Positions 36,787-51,700 of a stretch of DNA of 64,000 bases are shown here, in pieces. The notes below the pieces were generated by a model. The model was not told the DNA's origin. It made no database searches and saw nothing but the letters and a program-made list of their open reading frames with translations. Numbering within the stretch: position 1 is the first letter of the stretch; every line of letters starts with the position of its first letter. Origin of the DNA: Candidatus Nanoarchaeia archaeon (GTDB lineage: Archaea; Nanobdellota; Nanobdellia; Woesearchaeales; WJIZ01); NCBI GenBank assembly GCA_028279765.1, contig JANQND010000022.1, positions 26,149-90,148 of the forward strand, read 5' to 3'. Made by a program: the position numbers and the translations under genes.

Positions 36787-39700
36787 TAGTGATTAAAGTA
36801 TTCTTATCTCCCGCACTCTCTCCCGAGGGAACAATGACACTCAATTCAGCCTCTGCAAGATCACTGGCATTAGAAAAATTCAGGCTTCGTGCTACATATT
36901 TCTGAGCAGAAGAGAGAGGAGTGAACAACTGAGTAGAGTTAGACCAGTTAAAAGAAGAGGATTCTGAAGAATTTCCCGCAGCAAACTGGAAGTAGACGGT
37001 GTTCAGTGCGACAGTGTCCCAAAGAGGGGTTGCATTGATCAGAGTATCAACGAATACATTGCCGTCATTTTCAAAGGTAAGTGGCTGAGGGGAGTTTGAA
37101 GTCGTATTGTATTCAGTATTGTGGAATACTGTTCCAAATTCTGCCGTGCTTGAACAGCCCCCTACACAATTAAGATCAATACTAATAACTCCTTCAAGAG
37201 TGAAATTAAAGCCTCCCGACCACGTCGAGTAATTATAGCCGTCAAACGCGCGGACCGACCAGTTGTACCAGGTATCAATACCCAGAAGCCGTGTTGAAGT
37301 GTAGCTTGGAGAAGTAGGGTTAGCAACAGTATTCACTCCCACGCATTCCAAGCCGTTGCCTGTACAGTCAGGACTCTCTTCAATAACAATCGTATAGTTT
37401 ACCGTATCCCCATCAGCATCGTAGCCGGTTGTCCAGTTGAAGAAAGTATAGCGATCAGTAATAGTGGAGAGATTAAGCGGAGCGCTTAAATTAACTGGTT
37501 CGGGAGGAGTGTTTTCAACCTCAAAGGTGAAAATATCAGTAACGTTGGTAACTCCTGCAGAGTCACTGACATAGATTCTCCATCCGATCGTATTTCCCCG
37601 CGAAAGGTTTATCGTCTTGGTGACATTGCTTTGATTAATTAGTCCGGTAAGTGCGACAGCAGTATCGTTCTGCCAGGTTCCGTTTGTTCCATTCCAGGAG
37701 AAAATATAATTACCGAGGCCGGAGTCATCGCTCCAGTTAACAAAGAACCATTTTTGCTCACTTATTTTTCCTGGAGCATTCGTTTGGTTCGCATTCCAGG
37801 AAGGTGCTCTGATATCAACCTTATAAGAGGTGAAATGAGAGACATTGAACACTAAAGTACTTGCAGTAAAACTCAGGTTATGGCAGAGTGGAGCACTGCA
37901 GGTAGTATAAATTCCGTCATCGTCAGAATCTACCTGAATAGTCGGGCTGGCAACGGTAATTCCATACAGAGTAACATTTGCCGAAGTATTCAGGCCCCTG
38001 TCCCTGCTGGAATTCACAAAGATATGGTTTGAAGAAAGTGAAATCATGTTACTAAGGTTTTCTCCGCTTGCTACAATGGACTGGTTAAGGAAGAGGAGGA
38101 TCCCGTTAGAGTCATCTGAAATACGCAGGCTGTTGTTCACAAAGCTATAGCTGGCAATAGAGCCGTCAGAAACAGCATAATCTCTGAGAACATCTGAGAA
38201 TGTATTGTTAATGAGAGCATGTTGAGTTCCTGAAGAAACGTTAATTCCCTCCTTAACTGTTTGAGTTATGCTCAGATTTTCAAGTCTTGTAGCATTGGAT
38301 CCATTACCAATAAGTATACCGTGAATAGAAGCGTTGCTTGCAATTACGTCTGTTATGTTGTTATCATTGCCAATTACGGAGAGGAGATGATAGCTTGAGA
38401 TATTAACAACTCCTCCTTCAATGGAATTAGAACTTCCAATAAGAGAAATGCAGCTCGAGGATGTTGAAGTGCAATTAATAAAGGTATTTTTAGTGAAGAC
38501 GTTAAAGTGCTCTGATTGATCTGAGTTAAATCCGAGTACATTTGATTGCAAAGTATTTCGCTCATAGGTATTATGAGAACTAAAAGAAGAATTAATACCT
38601 GCAGAGCTAGATAGGATGGTATTGTTGGAAAGTGAGGTGTAATTAGTATTTGAAAGAGTGATAGCAGCAGAGCCCATGGTGGTGAATACATTATCATGTA
38701 CACTAGCATTTGGACTGGAGGAGAGAAGAATACCAACCCCATTTGATTCAAAAGAGTTGTTGACCAGGGAAAGAGCGCTGCTTGAATCTATGTAGACGCC
38801 ATAAAGCGTATCAGAGTGAAGAGAAGAAGACCTGACCGTAACATTATCAGAGTTTTCTGTAAGGTATATTCCATAAAGGTTATCGCTGGAATTGCTATTA
38901 TTAATAAAGGTATCAGTACTCAACTGCAGATATATTCCTGAGTTGCTATTTCTCGTAGAGGTCATGTTCTGAATAGTACTCTGTGAATTATTGAGGAAGT
39001 AGATTCCATGTGAAAAATTGTGTATTCTCCCATCTTTTAGAGTGGATAAATTCAAGCCGTCTGAGAGGACCCCATATTCTAACGCGTCTCCATCTCCTGT
39101 AATGGCATGGCCGTTAAAATCAATCGTGACGTTATTCGCCTCAATAGTAAAGCAGGTATCTGTAGTAGTAATATTTGTCTGCAACGTGTAGGTTGTGTTT
39201 TCTTCGTTTAGGATTGTGCAGGCAAAGAGATCAGTAGCCTCGCTTGCCTTATAGGTAGTAAAGCTGGATACGTTGAACCGCAGGGTTCCACCTGAGTAAA
39301 CCAGCCCGCCGCACTGGACAGAGCTACAGTCTGCGAAAATACCATCGTCGTTGAAATCAACGCTGGCCTTAGGTGATGCAATCTCTAAGTTATAAATCGT
39401 GAGATTGGCACTGGTATTAAAGTTGGGATCCATGCTAGTATTGACAAAAATGCTGTTTGGGGTGAGTTGAACAAGCCGAGTGAAGTTAGTTCCGAAAAGA
39501 TAAAGAGAAGTGTTTATCCATCGAACAACAGCATCGTCAGTGCCATAGGATAAGGAGGAACCATTAAGTTGGAATTCAGAAATTTCAGATTTAAGGAATA
39601 TAAAATCCAAAGGTGTGCCTGTAACGGAATTATTAATGATAGAAGTATAATTAGAATTAGTAACATTGAAGCCGTTGTTCCCGGCATTAGTAATGGTCAG

Positions 39701-42700
39701 TTCTGTGAATCTGTTTGAAGTAGAGGCATTTGTTAAGAGCACTCCACTCCTTGAAGGAGCTAAAATCGCTTCCCGGATGAAATTATTATTCGAACTGGAA
39801 CTAAGATACAAGCCGTAGTCACTATGAGTAAAAGTATTCTGGCTTAACGTATTAGAATTTGATCCACTAACTAAATATACCCCGGCAGATAAGCTGTTTG
39901 GCGCGGTAAGATTAATAGTGTTCAGCGAAATATTGGTACCAGTGGTGCTATTTTGGGCTATTCCAAATACACTGAGATCTGATGAAGAAGCTGAAGAAGT
40001 GATATTAAGAGTGTTATTATAAACAGTATTATCCTGGATCAAGGAGCCAAAGTTTTGCACGAGATAGATTCCATAAGCTGAACCAGTTGAGGAAGCCTCA
40101 ACAGTATTGTCGACAATAGAGTTTAAGCTGATAGTAGTTCCAAGTGGTTCAGTACCATTTCCAAGGAAATAAACTCCATATGCTGATCCAGAAGAAGTTG
40201 AATTGAGCACAATGCTATTAGATTGTATAATATTATTCTGAGCAGGATCTCTAGAGGAGAATAGATGTATTCCATAAGCTGAGGAGCTGGCTAATACATC
40301 AACAGTGTTATCAGTGATGGAATTGCCACTGGTTTCCAAGTCATCATTCCTCACATAAATTCCATATCCTGATTGGGAAGCAGAGTAAATCGATAGGGTG
40401 TTATTGTTCACAATATTATTGCTACTCGCATTATTAACTGAGGAGAGATAGATTCCGTAAGAATTGCTGCTAGATTCAGTTGAGTTCCATCTAATCGTAT
40501 TGTTAGCTATCAAGAGACCCGTTGAGTCTTGAGTATAAATTCCGTATGCAGGATTCAGTACGGATGAATCAAGAGTGTTGTTAACGATGAAAGAATCCCG
40601 AACGTTTACAAGATTGATGCCTCGCTCGAAACCAGAAATTAAAGGAATATCTCTAATCGTTAGATTATGTCTCGTACCAGTCGTATTAATTGCGGTACCT
40701 GACCCATTTCCGGTAATAGTAAATCCGTTTCCGCTTAAGGAAATATTATCAGCAGCGATCAATAAGCAGTTGCCCGCACCAGAAATGTTCCGGAGCAAAG
40801 TATAATTCTTTCCAGGGATATCTAAGGTATCGCCGCAGGCAACAGTCGACTCCATAGTAATAGTTACGAAGTTTGGATCAACACGATTCGAAGTAATATT
40901 AGCAATAACTGAAGTTGTTTCTAAAGGGGATTTAATAGAAGTAAATGTATGGTTGTTGTACCAGGAATAGGCACTATCATCAGTCTGGTAGTATTCTGTA
41001 ACATTGAAGGACACCAGGCCAAGGAGTGACGTGTTTGTATTAAGATATACTATGCTGCTAACATTCGATACAGATACGTTTGCAGAGGGGACAACACTAG
41101 TATTAGTTTGGTTCACAAGGACATCAACGTACCATTTACGGATGATTTCTTCAGTTCCGGTAGAGCTAAAGTCAATGTCAGCATAGCTTACATTAAGGAA
41201 GGTGTTGTTTGTTGCCTCAGAGGATCCGTCTTGGGTATGCACATACACATCCTGCGCACCGGTGTTATTCATGATGATATCCTTGAACAGGTTATGAGAG
41301 CTAACGGATACACCGCTATGGCCATAAATATAGAGCCCATAGTTCTGGCTATTGTTGATAGTAATGCCTTCAAAGAAGCTATTCTCAGATCGCGACAAAT
41401 ACAGGCAGCCTTCGCTTGTGGAGGTGCAGTTCCACAAATCAATATTACGTGCAGTAGTGTAATCAGCAAGGTTAACGTACAGGCCAGATTTGTTATTAGA
41501 GTACAAAGTAGCGCCGTCTACGTGGCTGTTCTCAACAGAGTTAAGATAGATTCCATAATCAGTATTCAGGTTTGCAGTAATCGAAGAAAAGTTAGTGTAG
41601 TGCGAATTTGAACCCACAGAGAATCCTGAGCCACCGTTTTGGTTTGAGGTTAAATTATAGAAGGTGTTGCGTGTCGAAGTGAGGAGGGAGACACCGTGAG
41701 AGCTCGCACGGGTAACGCTCAGGTTTCCAATAGTATTCTCCGAACTACTACCTACCAGGATGCCTATTGATCCCCCTTCAAAGGTGCTTGCAGAAATATT
41801 ATTGTACTGTGAATTTGAGAGGTGTATTCCTGTTGAGGAACCAATCGAAGTGAGGTTTTTGACGGAAGTGTTGTACACTGTATAAAGGGATACACCCACT
41901 TCATTTTCATTAACAGACACATTGCTGATTACTGAAGCGTTGCTGCGGTAGAGATAAATTCCTGGAGAGTTGCTATGACTTAAGTTCAGATCAACTATAG
42001 TAATATTATTGCATTCTGTGCAGGAGATAAAGCCAGCATTGGGTGTTGTCTGGGGGCTATAGGTATAGTCAGAGAGAGATTCATTAATATATACAGCGTA
42101 AGAATGATCGACAGTGATTAGGCGGTGAGTGTTCCCACTTCCGCCAAAATAGTTCAGGCCGATCTCAAGGTTGTACGTGTTATTACTCAAATTTGCATTG
42201 ACAATAGAATTGTTCGATCCAAAGTCTAGGACAAGCCCTACTGAATTATTCAGCGCTACAATACCATCAAAGGTGTTATTGAGCGCTGAAGTAAATGCGC
42301 CTACATAGACTCCGGGGCCGGTATTATGCCTGACAGTAATATTGTAAAATTTATTGTAATTAGCGCCAATAAACAAAGAGATTGCTCCGGAGGAATAAGT
42401 GTTGTAGTCTGCAGTAAAGTTTGTTAGTGTGTTATGTGTCGAATCAGCGATAAAAAAAGCATATGTATTCGAGCTTGAAATGATATCAGTATAATTATTG
42501 TGGCGAGAGCTAGAGGTGGGATAGAATCCGGTTGACTGGCCAGAGGATTCTACATTTTCAAAAAGGTTTGACGAAGACGCAGTAAGGTATGCTCCATAAG
42601 TATTTGCACTGATATTCGTGTTAAGAACCTGAGAAGCACTTACATTATTGAGATAGACTCCGTATCCACTGCCCTCCGTATTTTCTGTGATTTTGCTATT

Positions 42701-45700
42701 ATTGATAAGGGTTCGATATCCCTGTACATGAATGCCATAATCAATATTCTTTCGAATAGTGGCATTTTCGACCAAAGTATCATTTCCAAGGATTTGCATT
42801 CCTCCATAAGCCTCTTCCAAAGTGGAGTCTCTAAACTCAAAATTAGAAGTATTAACCTGGAAAATAAATTCATAAGTCTCGTTAGTGGCATTTATGAGCG
42901 ATTGGTTCACAGACATGCTTGCGGAATCCTGTACATAAATTCCTACATTTTGGTCACCGGTGGCATTCATGCGAACCTCACAATCCAGAACATTAAAGGT
43001 TCCGGTAACGGAGATATTGAGGTGTGCAACAATGCAGTCAGTATACGAACTGGAGCAGGAGGAGACAACATCATCATTGTTGACGGTACTATACAGTGAA
43101 CTGCAGGTCTCGGTTCCGGTAATATTAATCCAGTCGTTGGAGAAGGAAACACTACTGGACTTATACGTAGTAAAGTGAGTAACGTTAAAGAGCAGAATTG
43201 AAGATGCGAAACTCAGGTTCTGGCATATGCCTGAAGGGCAAAGGTCAAAACTTCCGTCATCCTCGAAATCAACCAATATGCTCTGGACAATTGACCCGAG
43301 GTTATTCAAAGTGATGTTTGCACTGGTATTCAGTCCTGGGTCTTTAGTCGAATTTACGAAAGCGCTATTTGACGAAATACTAATGACATTACTGAGATTA
43401 TCTCCAAAAGCATAGAGTGAATCGTTTATCCATCTGATTTTTCCGTGGGTGTTCACGATCTCAAGAGAGGAGCCGTTGAATTGGTACTCAGTAATTTCGG
43501 AGTCCTCAACATAATAATCCAAAGGAGTAGAGGAAAAGGTATTATTGATAATGATTGTATTAGTTGAGTTAGTAATATTAAATCCACTCAGGTCAGAATC
43601 CTGTATATCAAGACCCTTAAAGAAATTTTGTTGGGACGAGCTTCCTAAATAAACTGCATTCTTTTCCATGTGCTTGAATGTACCACCAGTGAAATTGTGG
43701 CTGCTTGCATTGGTCAGGTATATACCATAGGTAGAGTTGTACATTTCATTTTCAACAAAAACGTTTCCTGCATTAGAATTCTGGCTATAGATGCTTGCTG
43801 TCAGTGTCGATGGTGCAGTAATATTAATCGTGTTGAGAGAAACATTTCCACTTTGCTTTGTTTCAAGCATATAAATTCCGAAGGTATTAAGTGTCCCGAC
43901 TGAATTGGAAGAGGAAATGTTGATCGAGTTATTGTAAACAGTGGAGTAGGCTTGAGATGCACCTATATTATTGAAAAGAATTCCTTGGGCATTACTTCCA
44001 GCAGACTCGAGGTAATTATGTTGCATAGTTGTTGAGTCTATCGATGCAGAACCGGTGGTAGCCAATACAATTGAGTAGGCGGATGCATCTTCAGCATAAA
44101 TAGAGTTGGAATCAATGAGGGTATTATTCATTGATGTTCCCGAAGGATTGAAGAGATAGACCCCAAAAGCACTGGAAGTTCCGTCAACAGCAATATGATT
44201 TTTGATTATTTCATTGGAGTCAATAGAAGATCCTGCAAGGCCATCTAAATAAACTCCGTAGGAAACAGACGAAGAGAGCTGAATGGTATTGTTCGCAACG
44301 GTATTATTACTGGAAAGGGCAGAGCCAGTCTCGAAAGTAACACCAAAAGCAAAGGTACCAGTTGAAGAGTTCAACAGATTATCCAGTATCCTGTTATATC
44401 GATTAACTCCCCCCGCGGTTCTAAAATACACCGGATAACCAGACCCAACGCCTTTGCCATCAAGAATAATAGTATTATTAGTGAGATTATTATATGATGA
44501 AAGGACAGTAGTGTTGATATAGATTCCGTGCGTAGTAGTGGAGAGAGAGGAATTCCTAGTAATAGTATTATTTTCGACAAGGTTATAGTTCGAATCTTTT
44601 AGATAAAGGCCAGAGAGGTCGCTGCCCGTGGATATAAGAATGGAGTTATTTAAGATCAATGAATTATTGACTCGCTCAAAATAAACTCCTCTACTAAGGT
44701 TAATTATTCGATTAAAATTCTTCACCGTAAGGTTCATTCTACTACCGGTATTATTGATTCCATAATCCAGACCGGAACCATCTCCTGTTATGGAATAGCC
44801 ATTGCCATTAACAGTGACATTGTCAGCATAGATAGTAAGGCAGGTTCCGCTGGTAGTCAGGTCATTCTGAAGAGTGTATTCTGTGTTTGGATCCTTGAGT
44901 GGCCTGCAAATAGTAACATTAGTCCCGGTCTCAAGGCTTACTTCCCGTAGTTCAGTAGAGTTTACGAAGCCAGAGCGGTCCTGCGTGTGAGCCCTGAAAG
45001 AATATGCGCCGTTTGTAAGGTCGGTGAAGTTTCTCGCAAAGTAGTGAGTGGACTGATTAGCGTACAGCATTTCGATTTCTACAGGAGTAAGTGTCCTGTT
45101 GAAGATCATCAGGTCATCAAGAGTCGCATTAAGGTAAGCATCGGTAGCGCCTCCTCTTCGACCAATAAGCAGAGGTTGAGTGTTAGGGACAAGCCAGGTT
45201 ACATCACCACATTCCCCAATTTCTTTCCCGTTCACATAATGGGTGACATTCCCTGAGATAAAGGTCATGGCCCCATGCATCCACTCATCCATATCAAATT
45301 GAGTTGTAGTTATCGTACAGGCTGTTGCACCGTTATTTGAGCCATATATCATCGCCCTATCACCAGAGTAGGATTGATGGTGTGTATAAATTCCAAGCTG
45401 ATAGGCACCAGTAGTATCTGCCGTAGTAGGTGTCTTGCTGAAGACATATGAAGTTGCTGTACCATCACTTTTCTGATAAGGATACGCCCACCAGGAAACC
45501 GTCCAGTTATCGTAGAGATCTAAGGAATCATGATCTTCAACTTGCAGATAGTCAGTAGACGGGCCGTCACTGAAGCGTACACCTTTTCCAAAGTATCCAT
45601 CATCTACCTGCACTGCAGAGCCGTACTTTGTAACAGTGTGATTATAGCTGCTATAATCCTGGAAATCTCCGGAGCCGTTAACATCCATTCGAAGCCATAG

Positions 45701-48700
45701 GGACAAATCATTATTGAAATCAATAAATGCCATAAGGGTGTTCGTGTCATTTGCAGTAATGTTGATTGGGATAAAGTTCTGAGAAAGACCTGAACCATTG
45801 GGAGGGGTTGCACCAACAAACTCCAAAGTTGGACGAGTAGTATCAACGGTAAAATTGAGCTGAGCTGAATCTCTGTTTCCGGTTGCATCAACCGCGTGTA
45901 CTGTATAATTATAGTCCTTTTCGACAAGCCCTAATAGTTCTCTTTCTAGGTGGTATTTTGAAGCATTATAGAGGGCCTGGATTTCAGTCTCGTTCAGTTT
46001 TCTGTCAAAGGCAAGGATTTCATCAATTCTTCCGTCAAAGAAGTCATCATAGGGTGCAGCCCCATGTTGAGCGCCAATGGTGGTGAAAGCAACAGACTGC
46101 TGCGATCCACTTTCAGTTATGTTTTGGGTCAGTGTACCGTCAATATACATTTGGGTCCAGTCAGCAGTAGGATCTGAAACAATCGCCACGTGAGTCCATT
46201 GTCCTGTAGGAATCGAGTTAGAGCTATTGACATAGAGGCTACTCCCTGCATCATCACTTTGATTGGACTTCAAAATACCTCCACTAACAAATTGCAGGTT
46301 ATAAGAATCGCCTAATTTATCATCCGTAGAGAGAATAGTTCCGGTTGTAGCATCTGGATAAATCCATAGCGAAAGGGCTCTAATCTGGCTTTGATCTGTA
46401 TCATTGATATAGTCGCCGGTCCCGTCAAAAGTAAACGCTCTTCCAAATATTCCATCTGCAGTCTGGCTCGCATCTCCCTGTTTCGATCCATTATCTCCAA
46501 ATCCAGAAATGTCCAAAGGCTCGCCGCTTTCGTTAATATCATCCATAGTCATCCAAAAGGTAAGATTATCATCAAAGAATGCGTAAGTTGGAGGGATATC
46601 ATCTATAATGGTAGCATTTAGTATAGCCGAGGTATTGATAATAAACTGATCGTTTGCTGGCGAAGGGTCAACAAAAGTGATCTCAGGGGCATAAAAATCG
46701 CCAAGGGTAAAGATTCTCTCTTCTGTAGAGTTGATATATCCATATACATCCTTTGCATATGCTTTGACAGAATAGTTTCCTGCTCGAAGCCCGGTAATAT
46801 TGGCAGAATAGTTCAGAGGGCCTGTGTTGAGATAGATCGCTTGCACTTCCTCTTCGCTTAGGCCCCTATCAAAAATAAGAACTTCATCCAGTGTTCCATC
46901 GACAAGGTTAGTCGGAGTAGGATGGGATCCAATGGATAAATAGCCAGAGCCGGGCTGGTAGATAGTAAACGTCGTGTTAAGGCCACAAATCTCGACACCG
47001 TCTCTAAAAGTTCGCATGTGAGAGCCATTAAAAGTGACGAAATAATGGTGCCATACTCCCGCCTCTGCTTGACCGGTAGCTGTGCAGGAGTTAGCCCCGG
47101 TTGATGGACCACGTATTTGAGTTACAATATCACCATCCGTCTCAGAACGTAAGAAGTACGTTCCTCCCTGTGTTGATCCAAAGTTGATAAAATCCATATT
47201 ATTTGCCAGATCATCTAGTTTTACCCACATACCGAAGCTTATTTCATTCAATGGGCTAAGCGAACTATCATAAGGAACTTCGATATAATCCCCCGATCCC
47301 GCACCATCAAAAACGAATCCCTTACTAAAATACCCAAGATCAGTCTGTTGCGCATCATCCTCTGGTGTTCCGTTATTTCCATAAGTACTTCTATCTATGA
47401 CAAGGGAAGGATTGCTTTGGGATCCAACAATTTGGTCCATATCCATCCAAAGGACAAGAGAGCGATTGAAATCAATAAACGAGTAATAATTCCGTGGAGA
47501 GGTAACACTCACATTGATTATTGGAGAAGCATTTTGCAGGGAATGATGAACAGGAGTAGGGTCAATAAAGAAAATAGGAGGATACTGTGAAAAAACATGA
47601 ACCAATCTGCTTGAGAGTGCCTGAACGTTTCCGAAAGTGTCCTGGCTGTATGCACTGAACGAGTAGTTGCCATCTGATAGCTGCGTAAAGTTTCTCTCTA
47701 GGTATGTTGTCGAAGTATTTGCGTAAAGAGCCAAGATTTCTTCTGCTGAGAGTGAGCGGTTAAAGATCATAATATCATCGAGTGTTCCGTTGAACGCCCT
47801 TGTCGCAGAACTGCCAAACATGCTGCTGATAATCAGGTCATTCCCATAATCAATAAACCCGTACGTGTTTGTGTTACAGTCTGCAAATACTCCATTCAAA
47901 TAAATACAAATATCTGACGAGTTCCAGGTTGCTGTTACTAATTCCCAGGCATTTGTAGTAGTATCTGAAACAGATACAGAAGCGTAGTTAGTTCCGTTTC
48001 CTATGAAGAGCCTATAAGAATTACTAGTGTAATGGCCAAAGTCAAGTTGTATAGTGGTAGCAATGCCGCCTAAAGATTTAGTAAGTATTCCTCCATAAGT
48101 GTCTAATTCGTGATTATTGACCCATGCAGAAACAGTGCCTTCAGGCTCAAAGCTTGAGAAGTTTACGTTTCCTAACGTAATTTGATCATTATCACCATCA
48201 AAATTAAATCCCTTGCCCAAATAGCCAGAGGTATTCACTGTTGCATTTCCAACAACAGTCCCGTTATTCCTCCCCGTGTAATCAAACACATGAGTACCGT
48301 TCTCATCGTCCATACGCCACCAGGAAACAAGCGAATCATCAAAATTAATGAACGTTGAAATATTATGGAAATCAGTACTAGTGATATTGACATAGATGGA
48401 GTTATTAGTCAGTATTTGGCCATCTGAAGGTGTGGGACTAACATACGACATGGTCGGAGCAGTTTTATCTGTGGTAGCGAATCTTGTTTCCGTAACATTG
48501 ATGTTTCCCGCCTTATCCTGGCTATAGGCCTTATAGTAGTGATGTCCCTCAGAGAGGCTACTATAGTTAATATCGAGAACTCTTGAAGATTGATTCGCAT
48601 AAAGCGCTTCAACTTCTTCTGCACTTAGTGATCTATTGAAAATCATCAGATCATCAAGGGTTGCGTCTAAGTATGCTGTATCATCCCCTACTCCGATATC

Positions 48701-51700
48701 AACAGCCAGGTTGTTTGTTGCAATACACGATTCTGATCCGCTAACCTCAAACACACCATCAATATAGATTCGGGTATTCGTTCCATCCCACGTCCCTACT
48801 ACATGATGCCATTGCGAATCATTGATAATAGAATTACTATTTATCTCAGTAAAGCCACAACCTTCATCTCCACCGTAAACCCCAAATTCTGCAAGGCCAT
48901 TTAATTCAATATTCAATCGGTAGCCAGATGATGAACTGCTTTGTTTGTCCATAATCGCTCCTTGACCATCTGCAGTTTTCACCCATGCGGTAAGCGTGAG
49001 TTCTGTACCGTCAATATCAAGAGAGGCAGAATCAGGAACTTCAATGAAATGCTCATTTGATTCGTTAAGGAGTGCTCCATCTCCAAGAAACCCATATTCA
49101 GTAAATTCAGTGTTGTTTACTATTGTTCCGTTATTTCGTCCTAAATAGTCATAGATGTGAGAAGAATTCCTGTCGTCCATACGCCACCAGGAAACCAAAG
49201 AGTCATCTAGATCAATAAATGTTGAAATGTTATTGCTATCACTGCTCGAGGCATTTACAATAAAGCTATTGTCAGATAGAGAGGAGGCATTGGCAGGAGT
49301 AGGATTAACAAAAGAGATCGAAGGAGCAGATTGGTCAGTAGTAATACTTCTGGTTTCTGTGAAATTAATATTTCCAGCGGTATCCTGAGCGTACGCAGTA
49401 AAAGAGTGTTTTCCTTGAACAAGAGAAGTATAGTTTCTACTAACATATTTTGTGGAAGAATTCGCATGCAGTTCCTTAATTTCAGAAGCAGACAATGTAC
49501 GGTTAAAGAAGAGCACATTGTCGATAGTTCCGTTAAAGAATTGGTTCGTCGCTGAAGTCCTAAATGCTCCGATCAGGCCATTAACTAAAGAGGATGGATT
49601 TGAAGCAGACTCAAAAGTCTTATCTAGTGTCGCGTTAAGGTAAATTTTGCCTGTCCAGGCACCAGAAGAGCCATTTCGAGTGACTGCAACGAAATTCCAG
49701 GCATTTCTTGCCAGAGTCGCGTCTGAAAAGTTTATTGCCCAGTCACCAGTAGTGCCCCAGATAATCCCGGCAGTATTCGCTGTTCTTCCAATATCCAAAC
49801 CAAACTGAATCAAACCACTGTTGTCTCCAGTCATTGCAACCCATCGTACATTGTTTGTTGTGTTAGGTTTGATCCAAGCAGCAATCGTTGCATCTCCGCT
49901 TAAGTTAAGGGATCGGTCAGTACCTAGATCAACGTAGTCACCGTTGCCGTCAAAATTGTATCCTTCTCCGAAATAGCCTGAGACAGTTTGGGTGGAATTG
50001 CCGGCAAGCGTTCCATTATTCTTTCCAAGATAATCAAACACATGTGTCCCATTATTATCATCCATTCTCCACCAACCAACAAGAGAGCCATCAAAATCAA
50101 TAAATGCAGAAACATTCGAAGAATCATTGATGGAAGTATTAACGAATATCCAGTCATCTGCAATTATCGTTTTATCAGAAAATGTAGGGGGTTCAAAAGA
50201 GATAGAAGGAGAAACATTCTCCTCTCCTACACCGCTTCCGGTCAGGTTGTCTACCCGATAATGAGGCCCATCAAGGGTCACCCGAATACCGCTCTTCCAG
50301 GAGCCAAGTTCTGCGACACTGAAGTCAATCTTATTAACACAGGAAGTATTGACATCACTGAGTCTTGTTGCATTGGGACATACATATACCCCGGATCCAT
50401 GATGATTAGGCATGAAGAGGGTGTGGTTGGAATAAATCCCTGAAGAACCTCCAATGTTAACCACTGTTTTTTCATCACTAGAATTTATAACAAGACCACT
50501 CAGGTTAACCTGGCCCTGGCTAAACAATCCAAACAACTGAAGGCGCAAGCCATAGGTAGAATGACTAAAATTGAGGTACTGGTCAGAGTTGTACCTTCCG
50601 CCATTAGTAAGTACACCATTGACAGATCCTGTAATCGTATAGTTACTGGTATTGAGTTCAGAAGGGACAATGAACGCTTCACGAACAGCTATCTCTCGAA
50701 GCTCAGTAGAGTTCACATTTCCAAACGTATCCTGAGCATAGGCTCTAACGTGATGAGATCCGAAGGATAGGTTAGTGAAATTGTAGTGTGCATATTTTAT
50801 CGAAGTGTTAGCATAAAGAGCGATGATTTCGTTAGGGGAAAGCGACCTGTTAAAGATCATAACATCATCTAGAGTCCCGTTGAAGTCGCCGGTTGCGACA
50901 ATACCGGCAAAGTAGCCTACATAGAGATCTAGGGGCTCAGTCAAGCTGTTTGTAGGGTCAGCGCCGGATGCTGCCAGCTTTCCGTCCACGTACAAAGTAA
51001 GATTGGTTGCGTTTCGTGTTGCGACAAAAAGGTGCCAGTTGTCGTCTGAATAATCTCCCGAAGTGGTTACTACGGACTCGTTTGCATCATTTGCATCAGC
51101 TAACCTGCAGTTAAAATTTCCGTCTGCTTCTATTTCGCAGTATACTCCATCTCCATTATATGCATTAAAGAGTACCTGCCTTCTGGGGTCATTCTTTGCT
51201 TTCGCCCAGATGGAAAGGGTAAATTCTTCGCCAGACGCAAATGGGTAATTATTCATCCCGCTCAGGTTAATGATATCATCATTTCCATCTAAAAGAGCTC
51301 CTTTTCCAAAATAACCGGAACTATTAATGGTTATATCTGATGAAAGCGTCCCATTGTTTCTCCCCATATAGTCAAAGACATGTGTACCGTTATTATCATC
51401 AATGCGCCACCAGGAGACCAATGAATCATCAAAATCAATAAACAGGGAAACATTTACAGAATCCGTAGCGGTCACATTCACAAAAATACTCTCTGCAGGA
51501 GCAACCGAATTATTTGCAGGAGTAGGGAAAGTAAAATTGATCGTGGGGAAAGCAGAGTCAATGAAAAAAGAGTATATGCCCGTTTCCTGTTTGTTATTTC
51601 CCGTGTCGTTGCAAAAGAATTGGACAGTATGGCTTCCTTGCGCCATGGAGCTATTAGTAAAGTTGAAATAATAACTGCCTTCTTGCTGCATCGTGGTATT

